A program made the position numbers and the translations under genes. The notes beneath the pieces were generated by a model. That model saw only the letters and a program-made list of their open reading frames with translations. It was not told where the DNA came from and did not search any database. A stretch of 64,000 nucleotides of DNA. It comes from Octopus sinensis. Its lineage: Eukaryota. Positions 26,203 to 38,898 of the stretch are shown here, piece by piece; positions within the stretch are counted from its first letter, which is position 1; each line of letters starts with the position of its first letter. The stretch spans positions 21,762,001-21,826,000 of the forward strand of contig NC_043009.1 in the NCBI RefSeq assembly GCF_006345805.1, given 5' to 3'.

Positions 26203-26783
26203 ATGGATCAAGTAAATGAACTCTCAACCCAACCTGACGATAGAGATGAGGGAGGACTCGGTCAGGGAGACGTGTCTCCTCTGGACAGAGAAGCTCACTG
26301 TGGGGGCGACGACGACGAAGAAGAGAGTGAACTTGGAACCACACACTGTGGCTTGTCACAGGACTATGGAGAAGACCGCGGAGACGAAGAACACGACAAT
26401 TATGAAGAGGATTATCGTCGTTGCAATGAAGATGGTTTAGACGAATTCGAGTACGATCAGAAAATGGCCTCGATGCGTCGAGAATTCGAAGAAGCTGACC
26501 AAGAGTCCAGCTACTATCAGCCTGGTCACTTGGACTTCATTAACGACGATGAACCGCTGTCATCAGCACTCATCTTCCGACGTGTTGATTCCGACCAAAT
26601 TGTGTACCGTCGCCGTCGGGCGAAGCACGTCGGCAAGTATTTGATGGGTGATGTTCTGGGAGAGGGCTCTTATGGTAAGGTGAAAGAGGTGTTGGACACT
26701 GAAAACCTTTGTCGGAGGGCTGTTAAAATCCTCAAGAAGAAAAAACTTCGGAAGATACCCAGTGGAATTAAGAATGTTAAAAG
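26203..26783 (+). CDS. STK11: Serine/threonine-protein kinase STK11/LKB1, coding exon 1 (193 codons + 2 nt)
   Basis: [71 protein letters not shown] matches human LKB1 from ~residue 25 to ~97. aacATGg start with in-frame TAA at 26188. Phase-2 donor AG|GTCGGT falls at the position of human intron 1. Confidence 0.95.
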
Positions 26784-28156
26784 GTCGGTATACAATTCTA
26801 TTTGTATTTATGTGTATTATGCATGTACTTCTGTAAAGTATGTAGGTATTTATACATTTATATATTCGGTCTACCCTTGTAAACAAGTCATATTTGGATT
26901 TAGGGAATTACTCAAGTGTGTATATGGCAGACGCCATAAAGTTATAAGTGGGGCTAATGCAGTTTCGCAGCCACGTTATAGTGTAAGCTCTATGCGGCCG
27001 GGTTCACTTTCTCTTCAATTTCCATTTCTGGTTATAATTCTTTCATTTATCAATGCCGTCTTGAAGAGGTATCGCCTTCGCATTTCCACCTTACCATTCC
27101 ACATTTCTACCTGCGCACTAAAGCCCTTTTACATATAGGCTAAATCACTTTCCATCGTGGAAATGCTGAAAGAAGTTGACTTGATAAGCATGCATGTAAC
27201 AAATAAATTTTAAAAGAAAAAAAAAGTATATAACTCCCCCCACAACAATTTATGTATGTTTGATGCTAAATATTTGACCTACCACCAAAAGAAAAAGAAG
27301 CCCCAAGTTTAAGATATTTATTTATTGTCCTCTGTAATTCATTTTTTTGAATTATTTTGACATGCTGGACAAAATTTTTTACATATTAAACAAAATATGT
27401 ATATTCCTAAGGTTCAAAGCCAGATGAAAATCCTTTATTTCAAAAAATGTTTGTTATTGTTCAACTGGCTTATTTATATACCTTTAACCTCTTACTGGTA
27501 TTGTTACATTGTGTATTGTGTAGATGGCTAGGCCCAAGGAAGCAGTAAACATGAAACTTCGTTTTTACTCGCCCCCTTTTGGGCCTTACACAATTCTGGG
27601 GGTCTGTTTGGTGTTTGTTATATTGTTACTTGTGGACAGCTTTATTTTGAATTTGTTTATCCTGAGAAGTGTGTGTCATTGCTTTATCTAGTAAAATGAG
27701 AGCTTTTTAACCCCAGGAAATTATATTCTTGTCTTTTTTCTCTGTCTCACACACACACAAAGCAAACTGTTGAGAATTGTCAGAGACAACGAATTTAGAG
27801 TAAAAGATTTTAATATCGAATCGATCTCTGGTGTTCGATCTGTTCTTAAATGGCAGCAGAGCGAGTGAAGCAGAGAAGTTACAGCTTTGCAGTTGGTAAA
27901 GTGTTAAAGTGATCGAGGGTTTATTAGTAAGGTTAGACTAGCAAGATTAACTCGGTTTTAAATCAGAATGAATTGGGGTTTTTTTTTAATCGACACTTTA
28001 TCATTTAAGCGCGGATTTTTTTTTTCTTTAAACTTGTAACTTAAAAAAAAATATATATATTAAAAATATATATTAAGCATTTAAAAAAAAGAAACGGTCG
28101 TTGGATTTCTCTTCTGAACATTAGGCATTCAGAATTTTTTTTTCTTAAATGTTAAA

Positions 28157-28335
28157 GGAGCTGGCGTGGCTGTGTGGTAAGAACCCGACCACAGGGTTTG
28201 GGGTTCAGCCCCACTGCATGACACTTTGTCTTCTGCTATAGCCCCGAGCTTTATTAGTGGATTTGGTAGACGAAAACGTGAAAGAAGCCCGTCGTGTGTG
28301 TGTGTATGTATATATATATATATACACACACACAT
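28157..28335 (+). mobile_element. SINE family 1 (tRNA head + CORE-like segment), 5' half
   Basis: ggcgtggctgtgtggtaagaa...ctatagcc...gtggatttggtagacgaaaac..gaaagaagcccgtcg. Confidence 0.75.
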
Positions 28336-30592
28336 ACCATTATTATGGAGCTGTAAGCGCAGCATGGTTGGGTAGTGAAGGAGTTCACTTTGCAACAATA
28401 AGGTCCTGGGTTCATTCTTACTGCTTGGCATTTTAGGGTAAATGTTGCCTTCTGTGACCTTGGATACACCCATACCTTGTAAGTAAAGCAGGATGGATGG
28501 AAAAACAGAAGCCTGTTGGGTGGATGGTTCCTATAATTCTATAGGTTAAGCCTCGTATTCATTGTCACACTGATTCACCTGATAATTACGTCAAAGGTGT
28601 GTATGGCTTTGGAATGCTCAACCATTTACGCGTTTATTCAGGTGCAGGTTATTCACTTCATTGAATGACTGACTCCTCATCGTCGAATGGAGATCCACCA
28701 GCATCACAATGCAGAGCTATAAAATTCAACAATATTTGTTTGTGTTGTTCGTTTCTCCTTTTCACCTGACTGTGAGAGAATTATCACAATTATTTCACTG
28801 TTCAGTAATAAATAGTTAGATCTGAAGAAAGAGGTGATGGAGGCATCAGAAACAAGTAATTTGATATAGAGCTAAACAACGATAGGAAAATCTGATGGTG
28901 TCCTTATCTAATAATAATGTTCTAAAAAGTATTAATGAGGACCAGAGCTGGATTAAGATCTTTGTAAGTCTCTGGCTGCAGGTATTATGAAGCTCCTAGT
29001 GTTGGAGGTCCCTAGGTAATATTGACAAGGATCCTGAAACTTAGTGTCACCTTCCTAAAAAAAAAGCCCTGATCAGTTAGATAATCAGCTGACGTTTAAA
29101 AGGATAAAGCATCTTTCTGAGTCATAGACTCATAAGACCAGTTTTCTGGTTTCTGTCGTGTATATATTCCCCCTGGATAGGATGCCAGTTCGTCACAGGA
29201 TTACGCACTTTTGCCAGCTTAATGGACTGGAGCAACATGAAATAAAGTGTTTTGCTCAAGAACACAATGCATTGCCTCTCCCAATATTAAGTAAACTTTT
29301 GATAGATTTCTGCCTCTTCTGGTTTTTACCCTCCCCTTATTTCCCTCTGAGTCATGGTGAAGAATTTATTTACAATAGAGATATGTAATCTTTTAGTTAA
29401 AATCCATTTGACTTGGTTAGGCACCAATGGGAAAAACACAAAGGGCTCTTAAGCTTTGATCTAAAGAAAGAAAATGCTATTTCTGAAGTGTCTTTGCATG
29501 TTCTTACAGAACATCATAAGCAACATCAACTAACTTATTTGTCCTTCATTACTAACTAAATTCACCCTAACCGCATAATGTTTTTCCTTTTCTTTTCAAT
29601 ATTACCTTGGAACCATTGTCTTATTGTTATCAAAATACTACTTCAGCTAGCAGTACTTACCTATGACTGGCTTCTTAACATAGCACTACTCTGGTTCAAT
29701 GTTTCTTTCTTTCTTTCTTCCTTTTTGTTGTTATTTATTTATTGATTATTATTATTATTATTGTCATTCCCCTCTCCCCCCTCATTCTAAGCTGCTTCTT
29801 TTAGTAAGGTAGTTCTTGAGTGTACTTTTAGCTGTCGTTTTGTGTACATGCATGTGATAAGAAAACTTGTGGTATGCGAGCTGTTCTTCTTTGGTGTCTT
29901 ACTAATTAGTGAATTTACTGTTTGTTTAAGTAGAAAGGTCACTGACACAGTAAGGAAATTATTTGCTTATGATTTATATGCTGTAGAAATAATTATCCCT
30001 GTTCTGATTCATATACCATTGCTTGTAACCGGGTCATAACTTTTATGTCTTGTGTGTGTGTGTATATATATAATATATATATATATACATATATATAATG
30101 TGTGTGGTTAAGAAGCTTGCATTCAAACCATGTGGTATCTGGTTCAATCTTGCTGCATGGCACTTTGGGCAAGTTTCTTCTATAATGGTCCCTTGACAAC
30201 CAAAAAAAGATGTTTTGAGTTAAATTTGGTTTATTTCCTAACATTAACAACCTTGTATTAATTTGATATTAGCAAAATATTATTGGTCACACATACGTAG
30301 TGTATGTGTTTTGTTTAAACATTCATTTGCTGCTGGATAACATTCAGGGAAGGGTCCCTACACAACGCTGAGTGTTAAAGAACCGAGTAGGTGAGACAAT
30401 TTGCCCCTAAATGATCGAGAATGGTAGATATCAAAATTTCGCTTTCATTGTGTCTTATCAAAACCATGTATTCAGATCACCTTGGAATAAAGTGAATTGC
30501 TGGTCTGGGGCTCTTGTGCAAATAGAGAGAAGTCTGTTTACTGCCCACTCGGTGTCACGTCAGGAGCTTTCCTTGCATGCTATCCTGCAGCA

Positions 30593-31107
30593 TATTGCAT
30601 GGCACTTCGGGCAAGTGTCTTCTACTATAGCCTTGGGCCAACCAAAGCCTTGTGAATTAATTTGATAGAGGAAACTGAAAGAAGCCCATTGTGTGTGTGT
30701 GTATATATATATATAGTCAATTCAAATAAAGAATTCTGATGAAAATAACGGACGTGAGGCTGTGCACAAGAAATGTTCTAGCTTGACACTCAGTGAAAGG
30801 CAGGAGTTCGACGTTTCAGGTATAGCTCTTCATCAGAAAGGAGAAAGGGAAAGGTTCAAAGATGGAGAAGAAATTGCCAATGGCACACGTGTAGTTACAT
30901 TGCTGAAGTATGTGTGTGTGTGTGATCCCATCATCACTTGACAACTGTTGTTGGTGTGTTTACATCCCCATAACTTAGTGGTTCAACAAATGAGACTGAT
31001 AGAATAAGTACTAGACTTATAAATAAGTCTTGGGGTTGATTTGTTAGACTAAAACCCTTCAAGGCGGTGCTCCAGCATGGCCACAGTGGAATGACTGACA
31101 CAAAAGA
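30593..31107 (+). mobile_element. SINE family 1 copy interrupted by a PLE end remnant
   Basis: 5' part up to the (TG)(TA) tract at ~30715; 3' part 30910-31107. Confidence 0.75.
30716..30905 (-). mobile_element. PLE 3'-end remnant with degenerate minimal HHR (30810-30836)
   Basis: CTGATGA-AGAGCTATACCT-GAAACGTC...ctgagtgtcaa...cacgtcc...TTGAATTGACT then (AT)n; homologous to the 22400-22530 terminus. Confidence 0.65.
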
Positions 31108-31120
31108 TTACTAGAAGTGC

Positions 31121-31470
31121 TTTTATTTTATTTGTTTCAGTCATTTGACTGCAGCCATGCTGGAGAACCATCTTTAGTCAAGCAAATTCACCCCAAGACT
31201 TATTCTTTATAAGCCTAGTACTTATTCTATCGGTCTCTTTTGCCAAACCGCTAAGTTACGGGAACGTAAACACCAGCAATGGTGGTGGGGGACAAACACA
31301 CACATATTATATGACAGGCTTCTTCCTGTTTCCATCTACCAAATCCACTCACAAGGCTTTGGTTGGCCCAAGGCTATAGAAGAGACTTTCCCAAGGTGCC
31401 ACGCAATGGGACTGAACCCGGGACCATGTAGTTGGTAAGCCACTTACTTACCACACAGCCACTCTTGTGC
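31121..31470 (-). mobile_element. SINE family 1, full length
   Basis: Reverse complement of the family consensus, head to tail. Confidence 0.85.
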
Positions 31471-31744
31471 TAATGTTCATAATTTAGTTTTAATATTAGC
31501 ATTTTTAAAACCAACATAAAGAAAATCAATTTGCAGTTAATTTTTTTTTTTACAGCTTTAGATATATTTTTATAGATAGAATGGATGTAATAAGTAAAAA
31601 ACAAAAAAAATATTTGACGAAAGTTATATATTCTGGTATGAAGATGTATAATAGTAAGTTTATTTTCAATGTTATGAGTCATGTGATTAAAATGTCGCAG
31701 AAAAGAATTGCAAGACAGATTCTTCAATATATGTAATCTGGCAG

Positions 31745-31900
31745 GAGACCTTGGGGTCGACCAAGAATGAGACAGTTGGATAATATCCGTTGTGTCAGTC
31801 GGTCATACTGGGGGATCCAGCTGGAAAGTGTAATGATGGTTGCTTCTGACAGGTCTCTACTCCAACAACCCTCTCAGGAATAGTATGAGAAGAAAATGAA
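31745..31900 (+). mobile_element. Possible RTE-LINE 3' fragment
   Basis: Translates PWGRPRMRQLDNI...VASDRS, resembling the RTE C-terminal GRPRxRWxDxI...AxDR motif. Confidence 0.35.
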
Positions 31901-32186
31901 TGAATGGAGGAGTCTTTGAAGGACTACATGTTGCTAGTACATTCCATGCCAAAAATGGAACTAGTCCTCCAAATAACTGACACAGATCTTGACTACTCAT
32001 TTATTCAACCCATACCAGCATGGAAAATGAACAAAAATAATTTGCTTGGGGTTAAAAGTGCAGAGCTTACAGTCTCAATCGGGCACTAGTCAATTTTTTC
32101 TCTAGTTTACCCAAAAGCAGTTCTAGCAGGGTTTAAACTGAAGGACATGATCAGACATTCTGATAGATTTGTCTAAGCCAGTTTAA

Positions 32187-32649
32187 CCCTTTTCCATACC
32201 AGCCTGTCCCACAAACCACCCTTGGTTCTGTGATACAAACTTCTGTTCTAAAGGTATCTATATTTAAACATTCCATCAGAATATCATACTTATGTTCCAA
32301 ACACCAGCTTGACACATCTGCCATATGCACCACTGGTGGTACATTTTCATAATTTGAGGAAATATTTTATTTTCTATCTTTGACATGGTTTCAAGGATAT
32401 TTAAATGACATGAGTAGTAAATATTAAGCTTTAGCCCTTTTGTTATTATATTTCTGTTGAGATGCTCTGTGTTTCTTTCATTTAACTTTAAATATAACAA
32501 AGAATTTAGTAAAATAACTTAGTTATCATGAAGCTAGTGATAGGAACATAATGACTAAGGTTTGGAAGATTTTAATTCAGAACTTTTGAAAACAAGACAG
32601 TCGTACTACAGAGCCAGAGGCGGTTTCAGGCAGGTTGGTATCAAAAGGG
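32187..32649. mobile_element. piggyBac-like MITE
   Basis: TTAA|CCCTTTTCCATACCAGCCTG ... CAGGTTGGTATCAAAAGGG|TTGA; imperfect ~28-bp TIRs. Confidence 0.65.
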
Positions 32650-32776
32650 TTGATATGAAATATTGTAAAAATGCAAAAAAGAAAATTACATTTCCTTGTA
32701 ATTAAATAGTATGCAGTGTGACTGAAAATATGTGGCATCAAGTTCCAATAACAGGCCATGATGCTTAATGTGTTAA

Positions 32777-33141
32777 TAATGACAAGTATAGTTTATTAAA
32801 TTCTTCATTATTTTCAAAATTAATTGAAACAAAAGCAGTTTATTTTCATGGAAATATGGTAACAACAGGGTTAATATTGACAGTTTTGTTTCTACTGAAA
32901 GTTTCATTATTTTCCAAATGAATTGAAACAGTATATTTCAACAAAAATATGATATCAAAAGGGTTAATAATGACATTTATTTTACTAAAATTTTTCATTA
33001 TTTTCAAAATGAATTCAAACTAAGGGAGTGTGTGTTTCAATATAAACATAGTAACAACAAAAAGGTTGATAATGACATTTTCTAAATTCTTCATTATTTT
33101 CAGGATTAATTTCAACAGGAATATGGTAATAAAAGGGTTAA
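32777..33141. repeat. Tandem array of four ~70-100-bp piggyBac-MITE end units
   Basis: Units start taatgaca/tattgaca and end aaagggttaa (32874, 32967, ~33069 degenerate, 33141). Confidence 0.7.
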
Positions 33142-33305
33142 CTTCCAATGCCTAAGCTGTGTTTCAGTAGTATTTAGTCTTCTATAAAGTAAACCTCAGT
33201 AAAATTTGAACCACACAACTAGATAAGCTCTGAACATGTTATTGACAAGTATCAGATTTTAAGACTGAATCAAGTTTGGATTTTATGTATTGCATTATTA
33301 TATAC

Positions 33306-33697
33306 CTTTTATTTATTTCAATCATTGGACTGTAGGTATACTCAGCGGCACTTTGAAGGGCTTAGTAAAACAAATTGACCCCGGTATTTATTTTCTTTTT
33401 AAAGTTTGGCTTTTATGCTATCAGCTTCTTTTGCTGAACCACTAAGTTACAGGAACATAAACAAACAACACCAGTTGTCATACAGTGAGTGGGGTTAGAG
33501 AACAAACACATGCACACATGGATTTGTGTGTCTGTACACACACACATAACAGGTTTCCACACAGTTTCTTTCTACCAAAATCACTCACAAGGCAATGATT
33601 CACTTATGGCTATAGTAGATATTTGGCCAAGGTGCTACACTGTAGAGCTGAACCCGAAACCATGTGGTTGTGAGCTCCTTAACCACATAGTCATGCC
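33306..33697 (-). mobile_element. SINE family 1, full length, diverged
   Basis: Head and tail both recognisable. Confidence 0.75.
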
Positions 33698-36519
33698 TTA
33701 AGTTAATCAAAGCTATACATTTGTATGTGTGAGGGTAAGAGAATATGTAGTCCATTAAACTGAACTCTAGTACGTCTGGTCTTTGATTTATTGTGGGTTA
33801 GGGATAAAGAAGTGCTAAAATTCTGGTTTACCCTTGTGCATTAAAAGCAGAATCATAGTGCAAAAGTTATCTTTTTGTGTAAATTTTATTTAAAAATGTG
33901 TAGGCATTTTATGCTCACAAAGTTGAATTGTTTGTTTAGAATCTTACATACATTGATTAGCACTTAGTATTTGTGTGTCACATCATCTTATAATAATTCT
34001 GCTTGTCATTCCATTACTTATCCCGTTGGTAACACTTTCACATGATTAAAGAAAGAGAGGGAGAAAGAAGCGTCCATGACGTGATGTAGAGGAAATGTAA
34101 TTGTAGCGCTTTCATGTGCTTAGTTGAAGGGAAAGAAAGGAGACAGATAAAGAGGAGAGAAAAAGAGGATAAAGCAAAGAGGGAGAGAAAAAAGCAGAGA
34201 AGTATCCATGACATGAGGTAGGGGGAATGTAATATTTATTACATGGTTGAAGTTAGTTGAAGGTAAAGACAGAGGAGAAGAGCTTAATATATAATTTTAG
34301 CAGAAGGGTGATGTTCTGATGGTGAGGTTAAAGAAAGGTAGAGAGAGAGATGATGACGACAGTTGTGGAGGTGGCAGGGATGATTGGATAGTGAAAAATG
34401 TCATTTTGTTATTGAAGTAAGTTTTTTATATCACCTGTCACTTAATGCATGTGCATAAGTGCAATTCCATGAAATATTCATGCTCATTTACGTGGCAGAT
34501 ATATGCAATTTAACTAAAGGTTGTTTCATATGTATGGGATTTTTATGAGTTCTGTGTATTAAGTCTATAAAATTGAGCATAAAGTATATAAAGTGCATTA
34601 AGTAATCATTGAATTCCAATTTCTTTCACTTTTCAATGAGTAGCGGATGAGTGATTATCTTTCCATACAGACTCAACACAGGCAACACTTTCAGGTTTTT
34701 TGCATAAAGTTTTCAGGAATAACCCAATAGGTTTACCATTAATTCCATGAAATATTCCCAGGTCCTGCTAGTCATCATCATTGTTTTAACATCCACTTTT
34801 CCATGCTTGCACAGCTGAGATGGAATTTGCTTTGGCAGACTCTCTATAGCCCAGTGCCATTCCGGTGGTCAACCCTCACCTGTTTCCAAGCAAGGCTATA
34901 TTTCCTTATGACCTGGCATGTTTTTACAGACTTTTGGAAATGGACACCACTTGTATGACAGTGACACTCATTTACAACTATTGCATAACGTCAAGTAAAG
35001 TAGGCACTAGAGCATGCACGCACACACATGGTAGGCTTTTTTCAGTTTCCATCTACCAAATCTGCCCACAAGGTTTTATGTTAGGTGCTATAATAGAAGA
35101 TATTTGCTCAAGGTGCCACTTTGAGGGAGTGAACCTGAAACCATGTCATTGGGAGGCAAACTTCTTCACTGCACAGCCATGCCTATGTGTGAGGGTATAT
35201 ATACACACATGATTGTGCCATGTACACACTCTTGAGTCTAACAGAAAATCAAAATTCAATTGCATTGTTTTTTGTTTTCTTCCCCTTTTCTCCCTCCCCA
35301 TTGCTATAAATAGTATTAACCTTTTCAAAATCTACTTTTGCATTGCACAGTTTACATCACAAACTTATTCTGCCTAAAAAGCATGATGGGAATTTGGCAC
35401 AATAATAATGGGAGAAACAACTGGCCTAGATACTTTGTTAACCTAGCTTGGTATCTCATGTTTCTGTCTTGGTTCTTGCTGGAATCAAAGCTGCAGGGTG
35501 AAGTTAATGGAATTGGTAATTATAGCTAGTGTGACTTGAGGGTGATAACAAGGACGTTGCAACTTGCGGCAAGACAGATTGATAATATTCTTTCAGTGAA
35601 CAATTCCAAGAAGGAAAACGTTGTGCAGTTAGTTATTGTTTAGCCACAGGTGAACCCCAATTGAGCAGACCTATGATCAAGGGCATTTCAGATGTGACCA
35701 CCCTGTCTTTCTTTTTCATACATGTTGGAGACACTGAACCACATAATCCAACATTTTTTTTTTTTTTAAGATGGTGTGATGTGATTTGAGGGAGATCTGA
35801 CTGCAACTTCTAACAGGTTGAGTTACCATGTAGATACTCCCTTACTGAATTATCATATATCATAGTTTTTCTTAATTATAGGTTTGCTCTATGACCAAAG
35901 GTGTCCCAGTGGTACTTTCTTATTTTTGACTTCCAATTTGATTTTTACTAAAGAAACTAGAAGGCAAAAATGTAAAAATAATTGTTTTGGACAAAAATTC
36001 TTTCACAAGAAGAAACAATCACGCAGTTTCTTGCCTTGTTCTTTCTCCATAAGATTGTGATAGCTATTCCAAAAAACCTACTGATAAATTATATAATGGA
36101 ATGTAATAGTTTATCTGCTAATCTTTTAGTAAATAAAAAATTGTCAATAACAGGAAAGTACTGTTCTAGCTATGACCATTCCATTTTTTTTTTTTTTTGG
36201 TAGGCAAAAATGTATCTAAGACTACAAAATTGAATGTGAGTTTTTTTAAAAGGAGTTTTTGCTGCTATTTCTAGCAGATTGAGTGACCACACAACAGTTT
36301 ACTTCTTAGCTCAAGCTGGTGCATTGAATTGGATGGCAGCAGTATACAGTCAGCAACATCGAGGAATAATTGGTTTAGTCCCAAGTCATCCTTGACTGAA
36401 CAGGCCTATAGTCAAAAGCATCCTGTCTGTGCCAGGATATCTTGGACTACATTATCTAATGTGTTCATTCCTCTTTTAAAACAATGGGTATGGAAGGAGA
36501 TTGAGTGTGTTTATTTATA

Positions 36520-36802
36520 TCGGGTTCTCAACCATTTTTTATCTATGGACCCCTTTGATTACTTTTTCATTCTGGTGGACCCCCATAGCCATTCAATGTT
36601 TAAAAACTAGTTTTATAGAAACCTCTTTCAGAATTCCTATTTTGTTATTCACACATTAACTTTTGTAGGGTGAACTGTGTAAAATGTTAGAGAAAGAAAA
36701 GGGACTTTAAAATACTATTGTGAATCCTCAACTTACTATTTTGCTGTGTGGAGCCCCAAAATTTTTTATATGGACTATAGTGTAAGCCAGTGGTTCTCAA
36801 CC
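36520..36802. mobile_element. hAT-like remnant
   Basis: Two (c)agtggttctcaacc-type termini, at 36520 and 36789. Confidence 0.4.
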
Positions 36803-36811
36803 ATAATGAAT

Positions 36812-36995
36812 GCAGGTATGGTTGTGTGATCAGGAAGTTTGCTTGAAAACCATGTGTGTTGGGGCACAGTCCTACTGCATGGCACCCTGGGCAAGTGTCT
36901 ATTACTATAGCTTCAAACTGACCAAAGCCTTATAAGTGGATTTAGTAAACAGGAATTTAAAGAAGCATCTCTTATATGTGTGTGTGTGTGTGTGT
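36812..36995 (+). mobile_element. SINE family 1, 5' half
   Basis: gcaggtatggttgtgtg...ggcaccctgggcaagtgtc...gtggattt. Confidence 0.7.
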
Positions 36996-38898
36996 GAGAA
37001 AGAGAGAGAGTGAGTTTGTATTTCCCTCATCTTTGTGTATTTGCTGATTGCAAACTATGGCCTCATTGATGGTGTTGTTTGTTTCCCATTCTCTGTGTAA
37101 ACATGTCTAGATTGTCTGTTTGTTGTTCAATACACAGAGATTATTATTACCTTTCTTGTCAACTTTTGTTTAACCCGGCAAACATGGCAAAATAGATATT
37201 AAAACAAGGATGATGATGATTTTTTGTAATTGTATAGAATTGGTGAGTCAACATTTGTATGTCAATCAGATTGGGCTTTTTCTAAAGTATAGGGAAACCC
37301 ATCTCTGCTACTTACAGCTGTTTTTGTAGCTCAATATCAAGAAAAAAAAATCAACAGCTTTGTTTTGTAAAGGCCCTACTTTATTTGTTCTATGTTTGAT
37401 TATGGCCCTTAATCATTATTATATCACAGCCTACATATCAAAATTTTCTTGAGTACTCCCTCATTTCCATCATGTGTAATGCTGAGAGCGATCAGGTTCA
37501 GGTGAGTAGGAAAGATTGGGGAAGTAGGAGGATGTCTGATAGTACAGAGCTGCAGAATACAAATGGTGATAGAGGAGATGGTGAGGGGTGGGGAAATCAG
37601 ACATAGCTGTATGGTTAAGAAGTCCACTTAATAGCCATATGAGCCCATGTTCAATCTTGCTGCATAGTACCTTAAGCAAGTATCTCCTACCATATCCTCA
37701 GATTGAACCATTGTTTTAATGAAACTTGGTAGATGAAACTTTGTGCTTTTTGTTATATAATGTGTGAACTGGCAATATTGCAAAAATAATTTAGGTGTTG
37801 AGTAAAAATATCTTTTGGTTTTAAGTTTCATATTAGTTACTTCACCCCTTTTTTTTTCTTATTGAAATCAATCGTAGACTCACATCCTTGACAACTGTAC
37901 CCCAGCATGGCTACACTCCAGTATTTGATTAGTTCTTATTTTATTGACCCTCCAGGGAGAGGATAAGCAAAACTGAATGTGATGGGATTTGATCTTGCAA
38001 AGTAAGGGGATATGACCAGACACAAGGTATTGCATTGTCTAGAGCTCTACTGACCATTGTCTTCAATTATAATAATCCTCCTTTACTATAGGCACAAGGT
38101 TGTTTTTTTTGTTACTTAGGATAGGGAGCTAGTCAATTACATTGACTCCAAAAGAATGAAAAGTATTTGAACTCAAAATATAAAGCAAGGGGAAGGCTAC
38201 TAAGCATTTTGTCCAGCAAGCTAATGATTCTACCAAACTCACTCTCTTCAATAATAACAATAATCAGTATATAATTACTAATAAATTAGATCATATTTCA
38301 TCAACCCTGGAAGGATAAAAAAACAATACTTGACCTTCGTGTGATTTGAACTCAAAACTTTGACTCATTGAACTTAATGTATACTAAGCTTGCAACCTGA
38401 CATTATGTTGTCTCTCTCACCTGTCTTTTCAATCCTTTGATATTGAATATTAAATTTTTGTTCTGTAGACACAAGTAAGTTATTAATAAATATTTAATGA
38501 TTGCTGTACTATTGTAATCAAAATGCACCTGGCAATTTTGTTAGATTAGTATGGTTATCATCATGATCATCATCATTTAATGCCATCTGAATTTAAATCC
38601 TACCTCAGTCAGTTTTACCTATCATCTGTTCAGGGTTCAATAAAATGAGTCGGTGAAGGGGTGGGGCAGTGTTGTCGAGAGGTAGACCCTGAAACGGCGG
38701 GCATGACTCCACTTGCTGGCTTTTGGTATGAAGAGTTTTCGACTGGTAAAACTTGCATGGGTGAGTTGTTTGCAAAACATATATTTTCTCCTCAGAAACA
38801 TATGGGCTTGAGAGAAACTCTTGATGTTCTAACAATGGAAGGTTGGTGGAATCGTTAAAGCATTGAAGTTGGTAGGGAATGATATTTATTCTGGTTCT

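Noticed and set aside
26784-27138. C-terminal part of the 311-aa ORF as STK11 coding sequence
   Set aside because: Similarity stops at the conserved phase-2 donor; the rest is intron read-through.
32777-33141. CRISPR-like regularly spaced repeats (also the 3.2-5.1-kb array)
   Set aside because: Eukaryotic context; whole units are homologous, with no unique spacers and no cas genes.
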